A stretch of DNA of 63,725 nt, the filler included, from Octopus bimaculoides (lineage: Eukaryota), in NCBI RefSeq assembly GCF_001194135.2. It is 5 parts of 5 records of this genome, joined end to end, with 100 filler letters (N's around TTAATTAATTAA, not from the genome) between each part and the next. Parts side by side here need not be neighbours in the genome. Positions count along the whole stretch, not along the records: positions 20,482 to 41,313 come from NC_069003.1; 4 more parts are not named here. One strand, 5' to 3'. Shown in pieces: positions 21,848 through 34,736 of the stretch. The translations under genes were made by a program, and so were the position numbers. The notes beneath the pieces are model-generated. The model saw nothing but the letters and a program-made list of their open reading frames with translations, was not told the DNA's origin and did no database searches. Each line of letters starts with the position of its first letter. The stretch's first letter is position 1.

Positions 21848-22495
21848 TATGGTGAGCTGGCAGAATTGTTGGCACACCGGGCAAAATGCTTAGCAGCATT
21901 TGACTTGTCTTTATGTTCTGAGTTCAAATTCCACCAAAGTCGACTTTGCCTTTCATCCTTTTGGGGGTCGATAAAATAAGCACCAGTTCAGTACTGGGAG
22001 TGATGTAACTGACTTACCCCACTCCCCCTAAATTGCTGGCCTTGTTCCAAAATTTGAAGCCAAAGGTGGAGAACTGAAAGAATCATTAGCATGCTGGGCA
22101 AAATACTCAGTGACATTTCATCTGTCTTTACGTTCTGAGTTCAAATTCTGCCAAGGTTAACTTTGCCTTTCATTTTTTTCGGGGTCGATAAAATAAGTAC
22201 CAATTGAGCACTGGGGTCAATGTAAACAATTCACCCCTCCCTTGAAATTGCTGGCCTTGTGCAAAAATTTGAAACCAAAGCTACCAAACTGGTAGAACCC
22301 TTGGCATGTTGGGGAAAATGGTTAGTGACATTTCCACCATCTTTACATTCTGAGTTCAATTTCTGCCAAAGTTGACTTTCTCTTTCATCCTCTTGGAGTC
22401 AAAATAAAGTACCAGTCGAGCACTGGGGGTCAATATAATTGCCTCACCCCTCCCTTGAAATTGCTGGCCTTGTGCTAAAATTTGAAACTGATATT
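21848..22495 (+). mobile_element. Three head-to-tail SINE family A copies
   Basis: Three ~215-bp units, each with head, GTTCAA(A/T)TT B-box and GACTTTGCCTTTCATCC-like core. Confidence 0.85.
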
Positions 22496-23231
22496 ACGGT
22501 GGTAATGGTGGTTTATCTTGTAGTGATGGTGGTAGTGGTGGTGGAGTGATAATTATGGTGGTAATGGAGGGGGTTGATGATTCAGAATGGTGGTAGTGGG
22601 TGATGATGGTGGGGCTGGTAATAGCAGTGGCTGTAGTAATGATATGATGATGGTGGTGGTAATAGAAGCTGATGATTATGAGGGTGGTGATGATTGTGAT
22701 GGTAGCCGGGTTCACTAGGGTGTAGGTTAACCTGCTTGGCTGTCCTTCAGGGCAACACCCCCCCCCCATCCTCCACACTAAGCATGGTAATGTAAGCTAG
22801 GCTAGAACACCTGAGATACATCCTCACCATCAGCTGTCTAAACTTATAAACAACAACATAACCTCAAGCCAACATGAGATGTCCTATGCAGTCCCTTGAC
22901 CTTCTAGAAATAGCAACCAAATATCTATCAAAAACACTATGGAAGAAGGAAGAGCACACTGGGAAGATCATCTTAGTTTAAAAATCTATGTAATTATAAC
23001 TGACTGGCCTTGAACTGCCACATCTGTTGTTGCTGCTACTACTACTTGAGAAAGGATTTTATTAGTGGTCCCTAAAGGACAAAAAAGAAACAGTCAAATT
23101 TCCCTCAGATCATATACTAAAAAGAGAAAGACATGTATAATGTAGTCCAAGATACATCATGTCACTGTTGTGGCTGGAACGTCTTTGTTCATATACTGTA
23201 GGCCAACCTAGTGTGAGACGAGTGGGAGATA

Positions 23232-23264
<33 letters not shown>

Positions 23265-23459
23265 CACTAGTACTACTGCTGCTGCTACTCCACTACTACT
23301 ACTAATTCTACTTCTACTACTACTGCTACTATTACTACTACTACTACTACTAGAAGACACTTGCCCAATGTGTTGCACTGTGGGATTGAACCAGAAACAC
23401 ATAGCTGGAAAGCAAGGTTCTCAGCCATGCTTATGTCTATATATGTGTCTACACGTGTG

Positions 23460-23461
<2 letters not shown>

Positions 23462-23548
<87 letters not shown>
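23462..23548 (+). repeat. (TG)n microsatellite, example of dozens of (TA)n/(CA)n/(TATC)n tracts in the window
   Basis: Direct reading of the sequence. Confidence 0.95.
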
Positions 23549-23550
<2 letters not shown>

Positions 23551-23567
23551 TATCATTATCATTATTA

Positions 23568-23790
23568 AGGTGGTGAGCTGGCAGAATCTTTAGCATGCCA
23601 GGCAAAGTGCTTAGTGGCATTTCAGCTGTCTTCATGTTTTGAGTTCAATTTCTGCCGAGGTCAATTCTACCTTTCTCCTTTCAGGGTTGATAAATTAAGT
23701 ACCAGTGAAGCACTGGGGTCAATGTAATTGACTAGACCCCTTCCACTAATTTCAGGCCTTGTGCCTTTAGTAGAAAGGATTATTATTATT
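23568..23790 (+). mobile_element. SINE family A
   Basis: Full unit ending in an (ATT)n tail; another copy at ~24305-24509. Confidence 0.8.
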
Positions 23791-23794
23791 ATTA

Positions 23795-24302
23795 TTGAAC
23801 AAGGGAGCTGTGCATGCCATCAAAGTGACATTGGGGTAAAATATACAAATCTCAGTATACTCATCAAGACTACCTATCTGATAAGGGTACACCAGGCACA
23901 TGCATTACACTCATGTGTGCAACATGGTGATCTCATATCAAGATAAATGGTGCATGACCTTGCTGGTGGGGCCCAGTTAAAATTTTCTTCAGCTCAAGTT
24001 ACCCATCGTGTTGAAAAGGTCCTTAAATAAAGATTGCTTTTAAGAATGTTGAACAAAACACCCATGTTTCCTGAGGTAAATTACTCAAACCTCCAAAGAA
24101 TTCTTCTCAACACATAGTTATGATGCTCCCCCACTACTCCTGTTTGTGATCAGAGATGCACATTTCATAAGCCACTAAGGGACATGCTCAGCTGGTTACG
24201 GTCAAACAGCTGACAAGCAAATCTGTGGTATTGAGCAGAATATTTGCTGTAGCCCATCTTTTATACCAAGACAAAATATGTACATAACACTTCCAATCAG
24301 TT
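23795..24302 (-). repeat. Unclassified ~500-bp interspersed repeat (family D), probably a retroposon 3' end
   Basis: Clearly homologous to 48236-48665; both abut an (ATT)n run, consistent with an (AAT)n tail on the minus strand. Confidence 0.7.
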
Positions 24303-24998
24303 TATTCAGCAAGCTGGCAGAATCGTTAGCATAGCGGCATTTCATCTGTCTTAATGCTCTGAGTTCAAATTACGCTGAAGTCAACTTTGCCTTTCATCCT
24401 TTTGGTATTGATAAAATAAGTCCCTGTTGAACACTGGGATCAATGTAATTGACTAGCCCCTCCCCACCAAATTTCAAGCCTTGTTCCTTTAACAGAAAGG
24501 ATTATTATTNNNNNNNNNNNNNNNNNNNNNNNNNNNNNNNNNNNNNNNNNNNNNNNNNNNNNNNNNNNNNNNNNNNNNNNNNNNNNNNNNNNNNNNNNNN
24601 NNNNNNNNNNNNNNNNNNNNNNNNNNNNNNNNNNNNNNNNNNNNNNNNNNNNNNNNNNNNNNNNNNNNNNNNNNNNNNNNNNNNNNNNNNNNNNNNNNNN
24701 NNNNNNNNNNNNNNNNNNNNNNNNNNNNNNNNNNNNNNNNNNNNNNNNNNNNNNNNNNNNNNNNNNNNNNNNNNNNNNNNNNNNNNNNNNNNNNNNNNNN
24801 NNNNNNNNNNNNNNNNNNNNNNNNNNNNNNNNNNNNNNNNNNNNNNNNNNNNNNNNNNNNNNNNNNNNNNNNNNNNNNNNNNNNNNNNNNNNNNNNNNNN
24901 NNNNNNNNNNNNNNNNNNNNNNNNNNNNNNNNNNNNNNNNNNNNNNNNNNNNNNNNNNNNNNNNNNNNNNNNNNNNNNNNNNNNNNNNNNNNNNNNNN

Positions 24999-25265
24999 TA
25001 ACAAAGGAGATGACTGAGGACCGAGTTATGTGGTATATTACTGTGCTCAAGAAGACCCAGCAACAGAAACGAGATCCTAAAACCAAGGTGCAATGTAAAA
25101 AGCACTGAGTACATTTTGTAAAATGGTTGTTGTTAGGAAGGGCATCCAGCCATGGAAACCAAGCCAAACCAGACTTTGGAACCTGGTGCTGCGCCTGGCC
25201 TGGCCAGTTCCTGTCAAGCTGTCCAACCCATGCTAGCATGGAAAACAGACATTAAATGTTAATGA
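24999..25265 (+). mobile_element. RTE LINE C-terminus and 3' UTR/tail
   Basis: TKEMTEDRVMW...VLKKT then TTAGGAAGGGCATCCAGC...CCAACCCATGC.AGCATGGAAA tail, also seen at ~35560-35705 and ~38255-38395, and reversed at ~3655-3800 and ~4305-4420. Confidence 0.75.
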
Positions 25266-26097
25266 TGATATATATATATATATATACACGCACACACACA
25301 CACACAGATTAGTGTATGTATAATGTAGAAGTGCGTGTGTAAGCAATGGTACAATAACTTGGCAGTCAGGTTCCATAGCAACCACTTTAACTTCTACCAC
25401 CAGCTCCACCCCCAACGTCACCACTTCAATTAACAACAATATTAAGCTCAAATATACTCACCATATGCAATCTGTTTAATATCAACGACCACTTCCCACC
25501 TCTTACACTGCTCTCCCCCTCCCTGTTGCTCCCTACTTCTCTTTCCTAGCTCAGAATAAACTCCTTAAACATACCCTTTTGTCTTCCCCTCCCTAACCCT
25601 CCCTACCTAATGGGATCCCTATAAACCAACATATCATCTACTCTACCCCATCCCCACCACCACCACTGCCACCACCACCACAATTATCGCCACCACTACT
25701 ACTTTCACCCCATCATAATCACCATTATGGAGTTTGGTCACTTCTACTATACTGTTGTGATGGCTGTGTGATAACCGTTATCACACAGTTATCACACAGC
25801 CATCGATATCAGCAGCAATACCACCACCACCATGATCATGACTGTCTCTCAACAACAATGACTCCCAACACCACCTCCACCACCACTACTATGACTTCAT
25901 AATCCTCACATCACACCAACACCACCACCACATATCTGAGGGACCAAAAACAAGGAAATGCCTAAATAGAGCCTTTTCACTTCCTAAAACTCAACCTTTC
26001 TGTCTGTCTCTCTCTCTCTCCCACTCCCCGTCATCATATACACCCATCAACCCTGTTGCCTTTGTTGTATACACCATATGTTCTCTTAATTCCCAAG

Positions 26098-26490
26098 GTG
26101 TGACTGTGTGGTAAAGAAGTTTGCTAAGGCAGCGAGCTGGCAGAAACGTTAGCATGCCGGGTGAAATGCTTAGCGGTATTTTGTCTGCCGCAACGTTCTG
26201 AGTTCGAATTCTGCCGAGGTCGATTTTGCCTTTCATCCTTTTGGGGTCAATAAATTAAGTACCAGTTACGTACTGGAGTCGATGTAATCAACTTAATCCC
26301 TTTGTCTGTCCTTGTTTGTCCTCTCTATGTTTAGCCCCTTGTGGGCAATAAAGAAATAAGAAGTTTGCTTTCCAGCCACATGGTTTCAAGTTCAGTTCTA
26401 CAGCGTGGCATTTTGGGAAAGTGTCTCTCCCTGTAGCATCAGGCCAACCAAAGCCTTGCAGGGAAACTGAAAGAAGCCCATCATATAAAC
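26098..26490 (+). mobile_element. SINE family A inserted inside tRNA-derived SINE family B
   Basis: Family B head GTGACTGTGTGGTAA interrupted by a full family A copy (26126-26357) flanked by the 12-bp TSD AAGAAGTTTGCT (26114-26125, 26358-26369). Confidence 0.85.
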
Positions 26491-27149
26491 ACACACACAC
26501 ACATAAAAGAAGTAAAAGGGATTAATGAATCCAGACAGATATCTATAAAGCACACAGTTTTAAATGAATTTGGTTAACTATATCAGTCAGATACCAATGA
26601 ATACAAGTAGAATAAATATCCAAAGTAATTCCTCATGTATGAGAAGTAGATTCAAATATCATTTAGAAGAATTTCAAGGAATTCAGAGTATTAGATAACA
26701 AAAATATGAATAGGGAAAATCACACCTTTAATTGTAGAATTCACCTTATAAAGCCAACAACTGTTTCTGTTGTATTAATATATTTAGAAACAGAAAATAT
26801 CATTGAAATTGATATTCCTAAAAATATATGTTATCATGTTTTCAAGGCGATCCAGAATTAGTTAAATTCAAAGCAAACTAAGGAAATATTTCCAGTACAA
26901 TGAATGCCTACAAAAACAATGCTAAGGAGAAATATAATCTAGGAAAAGCCATTTTTGTGCTCAACTATTGGTGACATCACTAGAAAATGAAAAAATAAAA
27001 AATAAACATAAGAATTCTACATTATTACCATTAGAAACATAGAGATTTTATGTCACTGCAATTAGTTAACTATTCATTAAATATTAGTTTTTAAAAAAGA
27101 TTAATGCTTATCATATTACATATGAAAAGCAATTATAATTAAGAACTGA

Positions 27150-28100
27150 ACTATTTAAAAGCCTTCCTAAATTTGTGGGAACATTTCATTGCAAAATTCC
27201 CATTAAAATTTAATAAAATTAATTTACAAGTAATTATATAAAACAATTCTTCATGGCAAAGATCACGTGTAGATTTGCCAATACTTTATGATGTGTAATT
27301 AATAATGGACCACTTTAAATCATATTTAATGTTCCTATCTTTTAAATCCCAAATGCATTTACTAAGATTTGTAGAATTACCTTTTTTTTTTCTATAGTTA
27401 AATGAATGAGAATGATTATGAAATCAAGAATTCCAAATTGTAGCAGATGAACCAATGTAATAATACTTCCTTGTTATTACTTTACACTGATATACTATAT
27501 TTTCCCTTAAATGCTGATTTTCTAAAGGGCATACAATTTTGTTTTTACAATTACACAAGCATTTATTCATTTGTATCTGGTACTCATGGTTAAAAAGTCT
27601 CCTCTCAAAATTAGGTGTTACGGCAGGATTATTATCATTATAATTAATATCAAAACTAGATGTTAACTTAACTGTATTGTCAGAGTTACTTAAAGAATCG
27701 AAATTTAGTCCAGGAAAATTAACATTAGAGTTCATTTCACAATACACCTTATCAATTTTACTCTTGTTTCTAGATTTTGAGTTAAGATATTCCCTAAGTC
27801 TCTGTTTATTGTATGCTGCTATAATCTCAGCTAAGTTTCTAGTGATTGAATATGGAAAACTTATACTACGGCAATTAGATAATTTCCCATATTAACTTGA
27901 AGGTGGAAAATACTTATCTAATGTAGCAAAGAATATTTGATGAATATTAATAGCTACTGAGTGTGTGAATGGTATATTATACCAAATAATATTCTTTGAT
28001 TTATTCTTTCTACTATTTATATATACACTTTTCTAAATATTAACATTATTAATATTGGATTTTTCCCTACAGTAATTTTTATTCTTAGGTTTATAAATAT
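27150..28100 (-). mobile_element. Penelope-like element remnant (RT thumb, linker, GIY-YIG)
   Basis: KNIIWYNIPFTHSVAINIHQIFFATLDKYFP ... YSITRNLAEIIAAYNKQRL ... CNCKNKIVCPLENQHLRENIVYQCKV..RKYYYIGSS ... FHNHSHSF...STNLSKCIWDLKDRNIKYDLKWSII. Confidence 0.85.
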
Positions 28101-28584
28101 TAATATTATTATTATTATTTGGCAGAATTGTTATCATGCTGGGCAAAATGCTTAGTGGCATCCCCTCCCCATAATTTCAGGCCTTGTGCCCAGAGTAGAA
28201 AGGATTATTATCAATAGTCATACCAAACATGTATTTAGTATCTACAGAGTTAGATTTATATTTTTTATAATATGATCATCTTCTATACTTAGCTTTTTAC
28301 CGATCACATTTGTATCCTTATTCTTCTTGCTTTTATTTAGGTTAGTTAAAGAAAGTTGCGTGATCCACTTCTATCTTTATTATTATTTTCATTACACTCA
28401 CTATCAATTTCCAACTTATCTAATGTTCTATCATTTCCAGGAATTTTATTACTATTTTCTATATCTAAGTATTTTAATACCAGAGAAGCAACTGTCAGCT
28501 TTGTGAGGTGAATTCTCCAATTAAAGCAGTAATTTTCTCTATATGTATTTTTGTTGTTATATACATACATACACACACACACAC

Positions 28585-28649
<65 letters not shown>

Positions 28650-30032
28650 TATATGCACACACATATATATACACACACACACACACATATATACACACAC
28701 ATATATATATACACACACACATATATATACATGCACATATATATACACACACATACACATAATCGTTTTCATTAGGTGAATACAGGTAAGAATTAACAAT
28801 TAGAACTTCTCACAAAACAGAACATAGTGCGAGATGACTCAACCGACCTGATTTTGGTAGGAGAGTAAGTAGCAATCATAGACCTGATGAGTCAATATTT
28901 TTGCAGCATTTGTATCATTATACTACTGGTGTGATGTATTGTTACATATACATATTAGTCATATAGCAATATTCCTCTGATAAAATATCAATGAAACAAT
29001 TGTAAAATTATATAATAAAAATGAATTGCTCACTCCACTCTCCTTGTTAGTTTGCACACACACACACACACACATCATAGGTCAGATAAAACTCATTTAG
29101 ACATACTCTCTGGCTTAATGTTCTTCCTGTTGATAACCATGGCTTATTTTCAAGCAAGATAATATTTTTCCTTACTATTTCAAATAATGAATAGCACAAT
29201 AGCTGAATTTGTTTAACTGGAAGATTGCCAAAAAAAAAAATGCTTGTTTCATGGTAACATTTGTTGACAATTTATGATGTTAAGACAAGGAGAGATACCC
29301 CCCAATCACCCCCACACACACCTACCACTGTAAAGTTGTTGGCATTAGGAAGAGCATGCAGACTAGAAACCATGTGTTGTAGGGAATTAGTAATAATGTT
29401 AGACCTCTCTCACATGATGAGTGGAATGAGCAGTCACAATGAGTAAAATGACATTGACTGGTATTGAGAGAGAGTAGGTAGGGTACAAGAGTACGTGTAG
29501 ACTGTGTGGATAGTTGTGTCTGTGTTCATATAGTAATTATACTGTGATACTTAGTGGTTGTTATAATGATCCAACCCTTTGAGGATAATAACACTGTATG
29601 ACTAGGGGCCGTATAGTGCCAGATAGAAACATTCTATGGACTTCGGATTTATAACAATATCTCTCAGAGCAACAACTGTCGTACAATATAGAGACAACAG
29701 TGGCAAAAGACCACTTTATAACACCCTGCCAAAGCAGACATTGCAGTTCAATGGGGTCTTTGGACCCAGTGGATCCTGTCAAACCATGCAGTCAATTCCA
29801 GCATAGAACACTGTTGTCAAATGATGATTTTTATATGGGGATACTTGTCTTAGTCATGGGGCAGTTACCTCCCCTGTCAATACATGTGCATACATTAGCA
29901 CTCTTAGAAGAGCATTAAGAGTATTTCAACTCTTATTTCTAGCAATGTAGGTGCTTCAGCATCTTTAGTCACACCTAGTGATAATGGAATTTTTCCTTTA
30001 TGATATCACATTGCACCTAGCTATTAGTATTC

Positions 30033-30070
<38 letters not shown>

Positions 30071-30312
30071 NNNNNNNNNNNNNNNNNNNNNNNNNNNNNN
30101 NNNNNNNNNNNNNNNNNNNNNNNNNNNNNNNNNNNNNNNNNNNNNNNNNNNNNNNNNNNNNNNNNNNNNNNNNNNNNNNNNNNNNNNNNNNNNNNNNNNC
30201 TAAGTTATGGGGACCTAAACACACCAGCATCAGTTGTCAAGCGATGTTGAGGGGACAAACATAGGCACACATACATACATATGCATACATATATATATAT
30301 ATATATATATAT

Positions 30313-30470
30313 ACGACGGGCTTCTTTCAGTTTCCGTCTGCCCAATCCACTCACAAGGCTTTGGTCAGCCCGAGGCTATAATAGAAGACATTTTCCCAAG
30401 GTGCCACACAGTGGGACTGAACCCGGAACCATGTGGTTGGTAAGCAGGCTACTTACCACACAGCCACTCT
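30313..30470 (-). mobile_element. tRNA-derived SINE family B (complete copy)
   Basis: Reverse complement begins GTGGCTGTGTGGTAA (A-box-like), then GGTTCAGTCCC (B-box) and CCTTGGGAAAATGTCTTCT; other copies at ~38-165, 20515-20680, 21470-21637, 31605-31740, 38650-38760, 43280-43420, 54040-54110. Confidence 0.85.
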
Positions 30471-30499
30471 TGCGCATGTATATGTATGTATGTATATAA

Positions 30500-30870
30500 A
30501 TATATGCAAGGTTTTATTCCAACCACAAATTTTAAAACATAATTGCACACAACACACACAAAAAAAAAAACAACTTGAAGCTGGCTGTTCCTGCAGGGAT
30601 AAAGACTTGTGCTCATTAAATGGAGCCTGTATGGCCAAGGCCATTATTTATGAAGCCACTGTAAATTCTACGAATGCTAATAACACAATTTCATCAAAGC
30701 GATGTGGTTCTCATGGAGGGAAATTTTAAAGCAAGGTTCAATAATCATACATTAAGTTTCAGACACTGGGATAAACAGAAAACGACCAAATTATCCAGTC
30801 ATATATGGTTCTTAAAAGAACAAGGTGTCAGCTGTAGGATTTACTGGAAGATCTTGGTCAAGTGTAAATG
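30500..30870 (+). mobile_element. Penelope-like GIY-YIG fragment, same family as 38762-40655
   Basis: CSCRDKDLCSLNGACMAKAIIYEATV...EGNFKARFNNHTLSFRHWDKQKTTKLSSHIW.LKE.GVS..I.WKIL.KCK. Confidence 0.9.
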
Positions 30871-31251
30871 AATGTGAATATCAACAATTAAGGTTACAAA
30901 TATAAAGTACATTTAGCAAATTGCTAAATGTACTTTATATTTGTAACCTTAATTGTTAATATGACATGGTATGTCATAAGCATCTGTATATTGTGGTTTT
31001 TGTCATTTTAGTTACAAAATAAATAAATTAATTCAATGGAATACACTGTCTGCAAGTCGATGGATACTGCATATTCTCCTCCATTTTCTTATTGCTATAT
31101 AAATTTAGGGTAAAATAACCCCCTTTTACCCGCACCCACTAATTACACTTGGTATAACACTAGTGTAACAATAATTGGGTACCCTCCCAGCAGTATATTG
31201 GATAGATACTATCCCTTAGTGGGTTGAATCCTCAACCCCTAACTCTCTTGC

Positions 31252-31288
<37 letters not shown>

Positions 31289-32736
31289 GTGTGTGTGTGT
31301 GTGTGTATATATATATGTGTGTGTATGTATATAGATTAGAGCATGTATATTGAGAGATGAGGGCACGTATATAGAGAGATTAAAGTATATATCTATAGAA
31401 AGATATTAAAGCTTTAATCTATACCTACCAGCTCAATGGGAAGCCACTTCTAGCCACTTATGAAAAGCTGTCACAAAGTCATATCCTTAACTGCAGTTCA
31501 AACTGGAATTTTAGTGGCATAGCAATTTGAGCAGTTAGTGCATACCTGTTAGTTTGAGTCACCTTGACAAAAGCTCCTCGTATCTTTCATACACACACAT
31601 AAGTGAGTGATGGTCTTTTCAGTTTCTACCTACCTAAATCACACACTGAGACTATAGTAGAAGACACTTGCACAAGATGCCACACAGTGGGACTGGAACC
31701 TAAAACATCATGTTTGCAAAGCAAACTTCTTAATCGCATTATAACCAATGGTATGAACATGCAAGTGTGTGTGTGTGTGTATGCATGTATTTTGTGTGGT
31801 TGTGATCATAGTTTAGTTGTGTTTTTTTTAATTATTTTTCTCAAACAAATTCTCCAAAACATCTTGCACAAGATTTTGTCTGTCGTATTATATTGATTAA
31901 TATCTTTTTTTAAGTCATTGAAATCGTACTAGACTTGATTTATTTTATTTATTCATTGTATTTTCCCTTTATCTTCAAGAAGCATTTAGAGAGCCATATT
32001 GTTGTCAAGTGATATATGATGTAAAACTATCTATGCACTGGATAAATAGATCAGTTATATATATATATATATAGATAGATGCACATGCACACATAAATAT
32101 ATATATCCTCAACTGGCTCAATTTACAGAAATTTATCATCTCCTCCTCCTCCTAATGTGTCTGCTGATTTGTTTCTGTTTTCGTTGTCATTATATAGATG
32201 AGTGGAGAAGCTGAAAGGCTGTGCCCACAATCTACAATCTTTTTCCAAGTCTCTTCAAGACTGGTTATTAGGGAAGAGGTGGAGCTTAAAGGGTGGAGAC
32301 TGGAGGAAAGAAACCAAAAGTAAAATTCATGTGGTGCCATTGTTGGGAAGTTGCTGGAAGATGAAGTTATTGAGGTAGCTTGGTCTCTGGTTCAAGTTCT
32401 TGTAGCAGAAGTGTAGAACTTTGTTAAAAGGCATCCAAGAACCAAAAGTCATTCTAAAATTATTTTTTAACGTAAGCGTGCCCAAACAAGTCGAATGCTT
32501 ACACAGAGCAGGTTTTACAGCCACATCATCCAAACCAACCGGGTGAAACCGAGCTTAGCTGCTAGTTATATATAAATTGTTATATTACAATAACCAATAA
32601 TATGTTGTGCATGTATAGTAATATTACGATCATGAAATTAGCATTAGCTTATCTCACTCTTTATCGCAGAACCCCTAGAAACCATTTGTGGAACCTTAGG
32701 GTTCCAGGGAACTCCATTTGAGAAATGCTGCTTTAA

Positions 32737-32956
32737 CCTTTAAAACATTCACATTATTCTATCAAAATAATTCTCTTTTATTCACATTGTTTGGAATTAA
32801 TCATGCATTATTTTGTAGCTTGAGATTTCCATAAAGTAACTGTTAATTCTTTAGAATGATATTGTAGGGTTGGTGTGAGAGGCCTCATCTGGCCAGTTTG
32901 AGCATAAAGCAAGTAGGATATTTTGTCCAGATTTGGCTGGTTTAAATGCTAAAGGG
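32737..32956. mobile_element. TTAA-type MITE (relative of 14585-14752)
   Basis: TTAA-CCTTTAAAACATTCACATTATTCT ... GGTTTAAATGCTAAAGGG. Confidence 0.65.
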
Positions 32957-33113
32957 TGGCATTATAGAACTTGAAGCAGTTGTAGGAGGATTGACATCAA
33001 AATGCTGAACAGAAAATGAAACCCTCAACTTTGAGAGAGTGTTATATCATTGGCAGATGAATTCTTGAATGATTGGGATAATTTCACTTTTTAATTAATA
33101 TAATTATATCTGT

Positions 33114-34023
33114 TAAGGTGGTGAACAGGCAGAATCATTAGCACACTGGAGAAAATGCTTAGTAGTATTCTGTCTGTCTTTATGTTCTGAGTTCAAATTC
33201 CACCAAGGTTGACTTTGCCTTTCATCCTTTGGATATTGATAAAATAAGTACCTGTTGAGTACTGGGCTCAATGAAATTTACTTATCCTCCCCAACAAAAT
33301 TGCTGACCCTGAGCCAAAATATGAAATCATCATCATCATCATTATTATTAAGGAGGTGAGCTGATAGAATTGTTAGCATGCCAGGCAAAATGCTTAGCAG
33401 CTTTTCATCTGTCCTTACGTTCTGAATTCAAATTCTGCTGAGGTTGACTTTGCCTTTCACCCTTTCAAGGTCAATAAAATAAGTACCAGTTACACACTAG
33501 GGTCAATGTAATCAGCTAGCCTCCTCACCCCAAAATTTCAGTCCTTGTGCCAAAAGTAGAAAGAATTATTATTATTAAAGAGGCAAGTTGGCAGTCATTA
33601 GTATGCTGAGCAAAATGTTTAGTAGTCTTTTATCCCTCTTTCTGAGTTCAAATTCTGCCAAGGTCGACTTTGCCTTTCATCCTTTAAGGGTCAATAAAAT
33701 AAGTACCAGTTACACACTGGGGTCAATGTATTCAACTGTCTCTCACCCTACAAATTTCAGGACTTGTGACTATAGTAGAAAAGATTATTATTATTATTAC
33801 TAAGTCAGAAAGCTGGCAGAATTGTTAGCAATCCAGGCCAAATGCTTAGTGACATTTTGGTAATGTTATGTTCTCAGTTCTAATTCCACCAAGGTTGACT
33901 TTGCCTTTCATTCTTTTGTGGTTAATAAAATAAGTACCAGTTGAACATTGGCATCGATGTTATTGACTTAGCCCCATTCCCAAAATTGCTGGCCTTGTGC
34001 CAACATTTGAAGCCATTATAATT
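33114..34023 (+). mobile_element. Four head-to-tail SINE family A copies
   Basis: Four ~225-bp diverged units separated by (ATC/ATT)n tails. Confidence 0.88.
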
Positions 34024-34079
34024 ACATCTGTCTAATAATGAGTATTCATATTTCTGCTTTCATTTCTATGAAGTATAAA

Positions 34080-34735
34080 TGATTATTTAGCAGTTTCCAT
34101 TTCTCTACACAGTTCTTTGCAATTTCATTGAACTCTGCTTGGTATTTTGAGCTGCAGGAGTTGGGTTATAGAGGGTAGATAAGGCAGTGCTCCATAGTTT
34201 GGTCTGCTTCCCCACATTGACATGTGGTCAAGCTGGTCTTCTAGCCCTGCCTGACCAAAGCAACTTTTGATTTTCCTGTTCTTGTTCTCAGGCAGTTGAG
34301 TGTCTTCCATTGGATTTATAGTGCTTCCGAGCCAGGATAGAGGACTTCTTCTGGGGGGCTCCATGTCAATTGGAGGAGAGTTATTTCCAAGCTTTCCCAT
34401 CCAGAGGTGGCATGTGGTTTCTTCTCAAGATGTAAGGGACTGGACGTGGCTGATGAAGATTCTTGATTTCAGTTGCTAGGACTGAAGATTGACATCCACA
34501 GAAGAGGCAGCATTCATCTCTAATAACTTTTGTCATTTAGAATAATGGTGCGGTTAGATGGGAAATTGATACTTGGTTAGGCTGTGTATCATTCCCATAT
34601 AAAACCAACCAAAGTCACCATATATAACTTTCTAATGAATCAGTTGTTGCTTGTGTTGCCTGCCATTTTTAGCATCAAAAGGCATCAGTTGTTGCTGAAA
34701 TGAGTTCTGGTTAGTTCATGGAGAAGCTGCATATA
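34080..34735 (-). mobile_element. Non-LTR retrotransposon ORF2 C-terminal remnant (Zn-knuckle-like end)
   Basis: QLKSRIFISHVQSL ... WKTLNCLRTRTGKSK.AL...CQCGEADQTMEHCL; clade (RTE-X-like) not firmly assignable. Confidence 0.65.
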
Positions 34736-34736
34736 A

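Noticed and set aside
26745-26775. 22-nt minus-strand micro-exon (TVVGFI) between AG and GTGAAT
   Set aside because: Too short to distinguish from chance; no partner exons found
33114-34023. Regularly spaced repeats resembling a CRISPR array
   Set aside because: Units are ~225-bp diverged SINE copies with Pol III boxes, without unique spacers or cas genes, in a eukaryotic context
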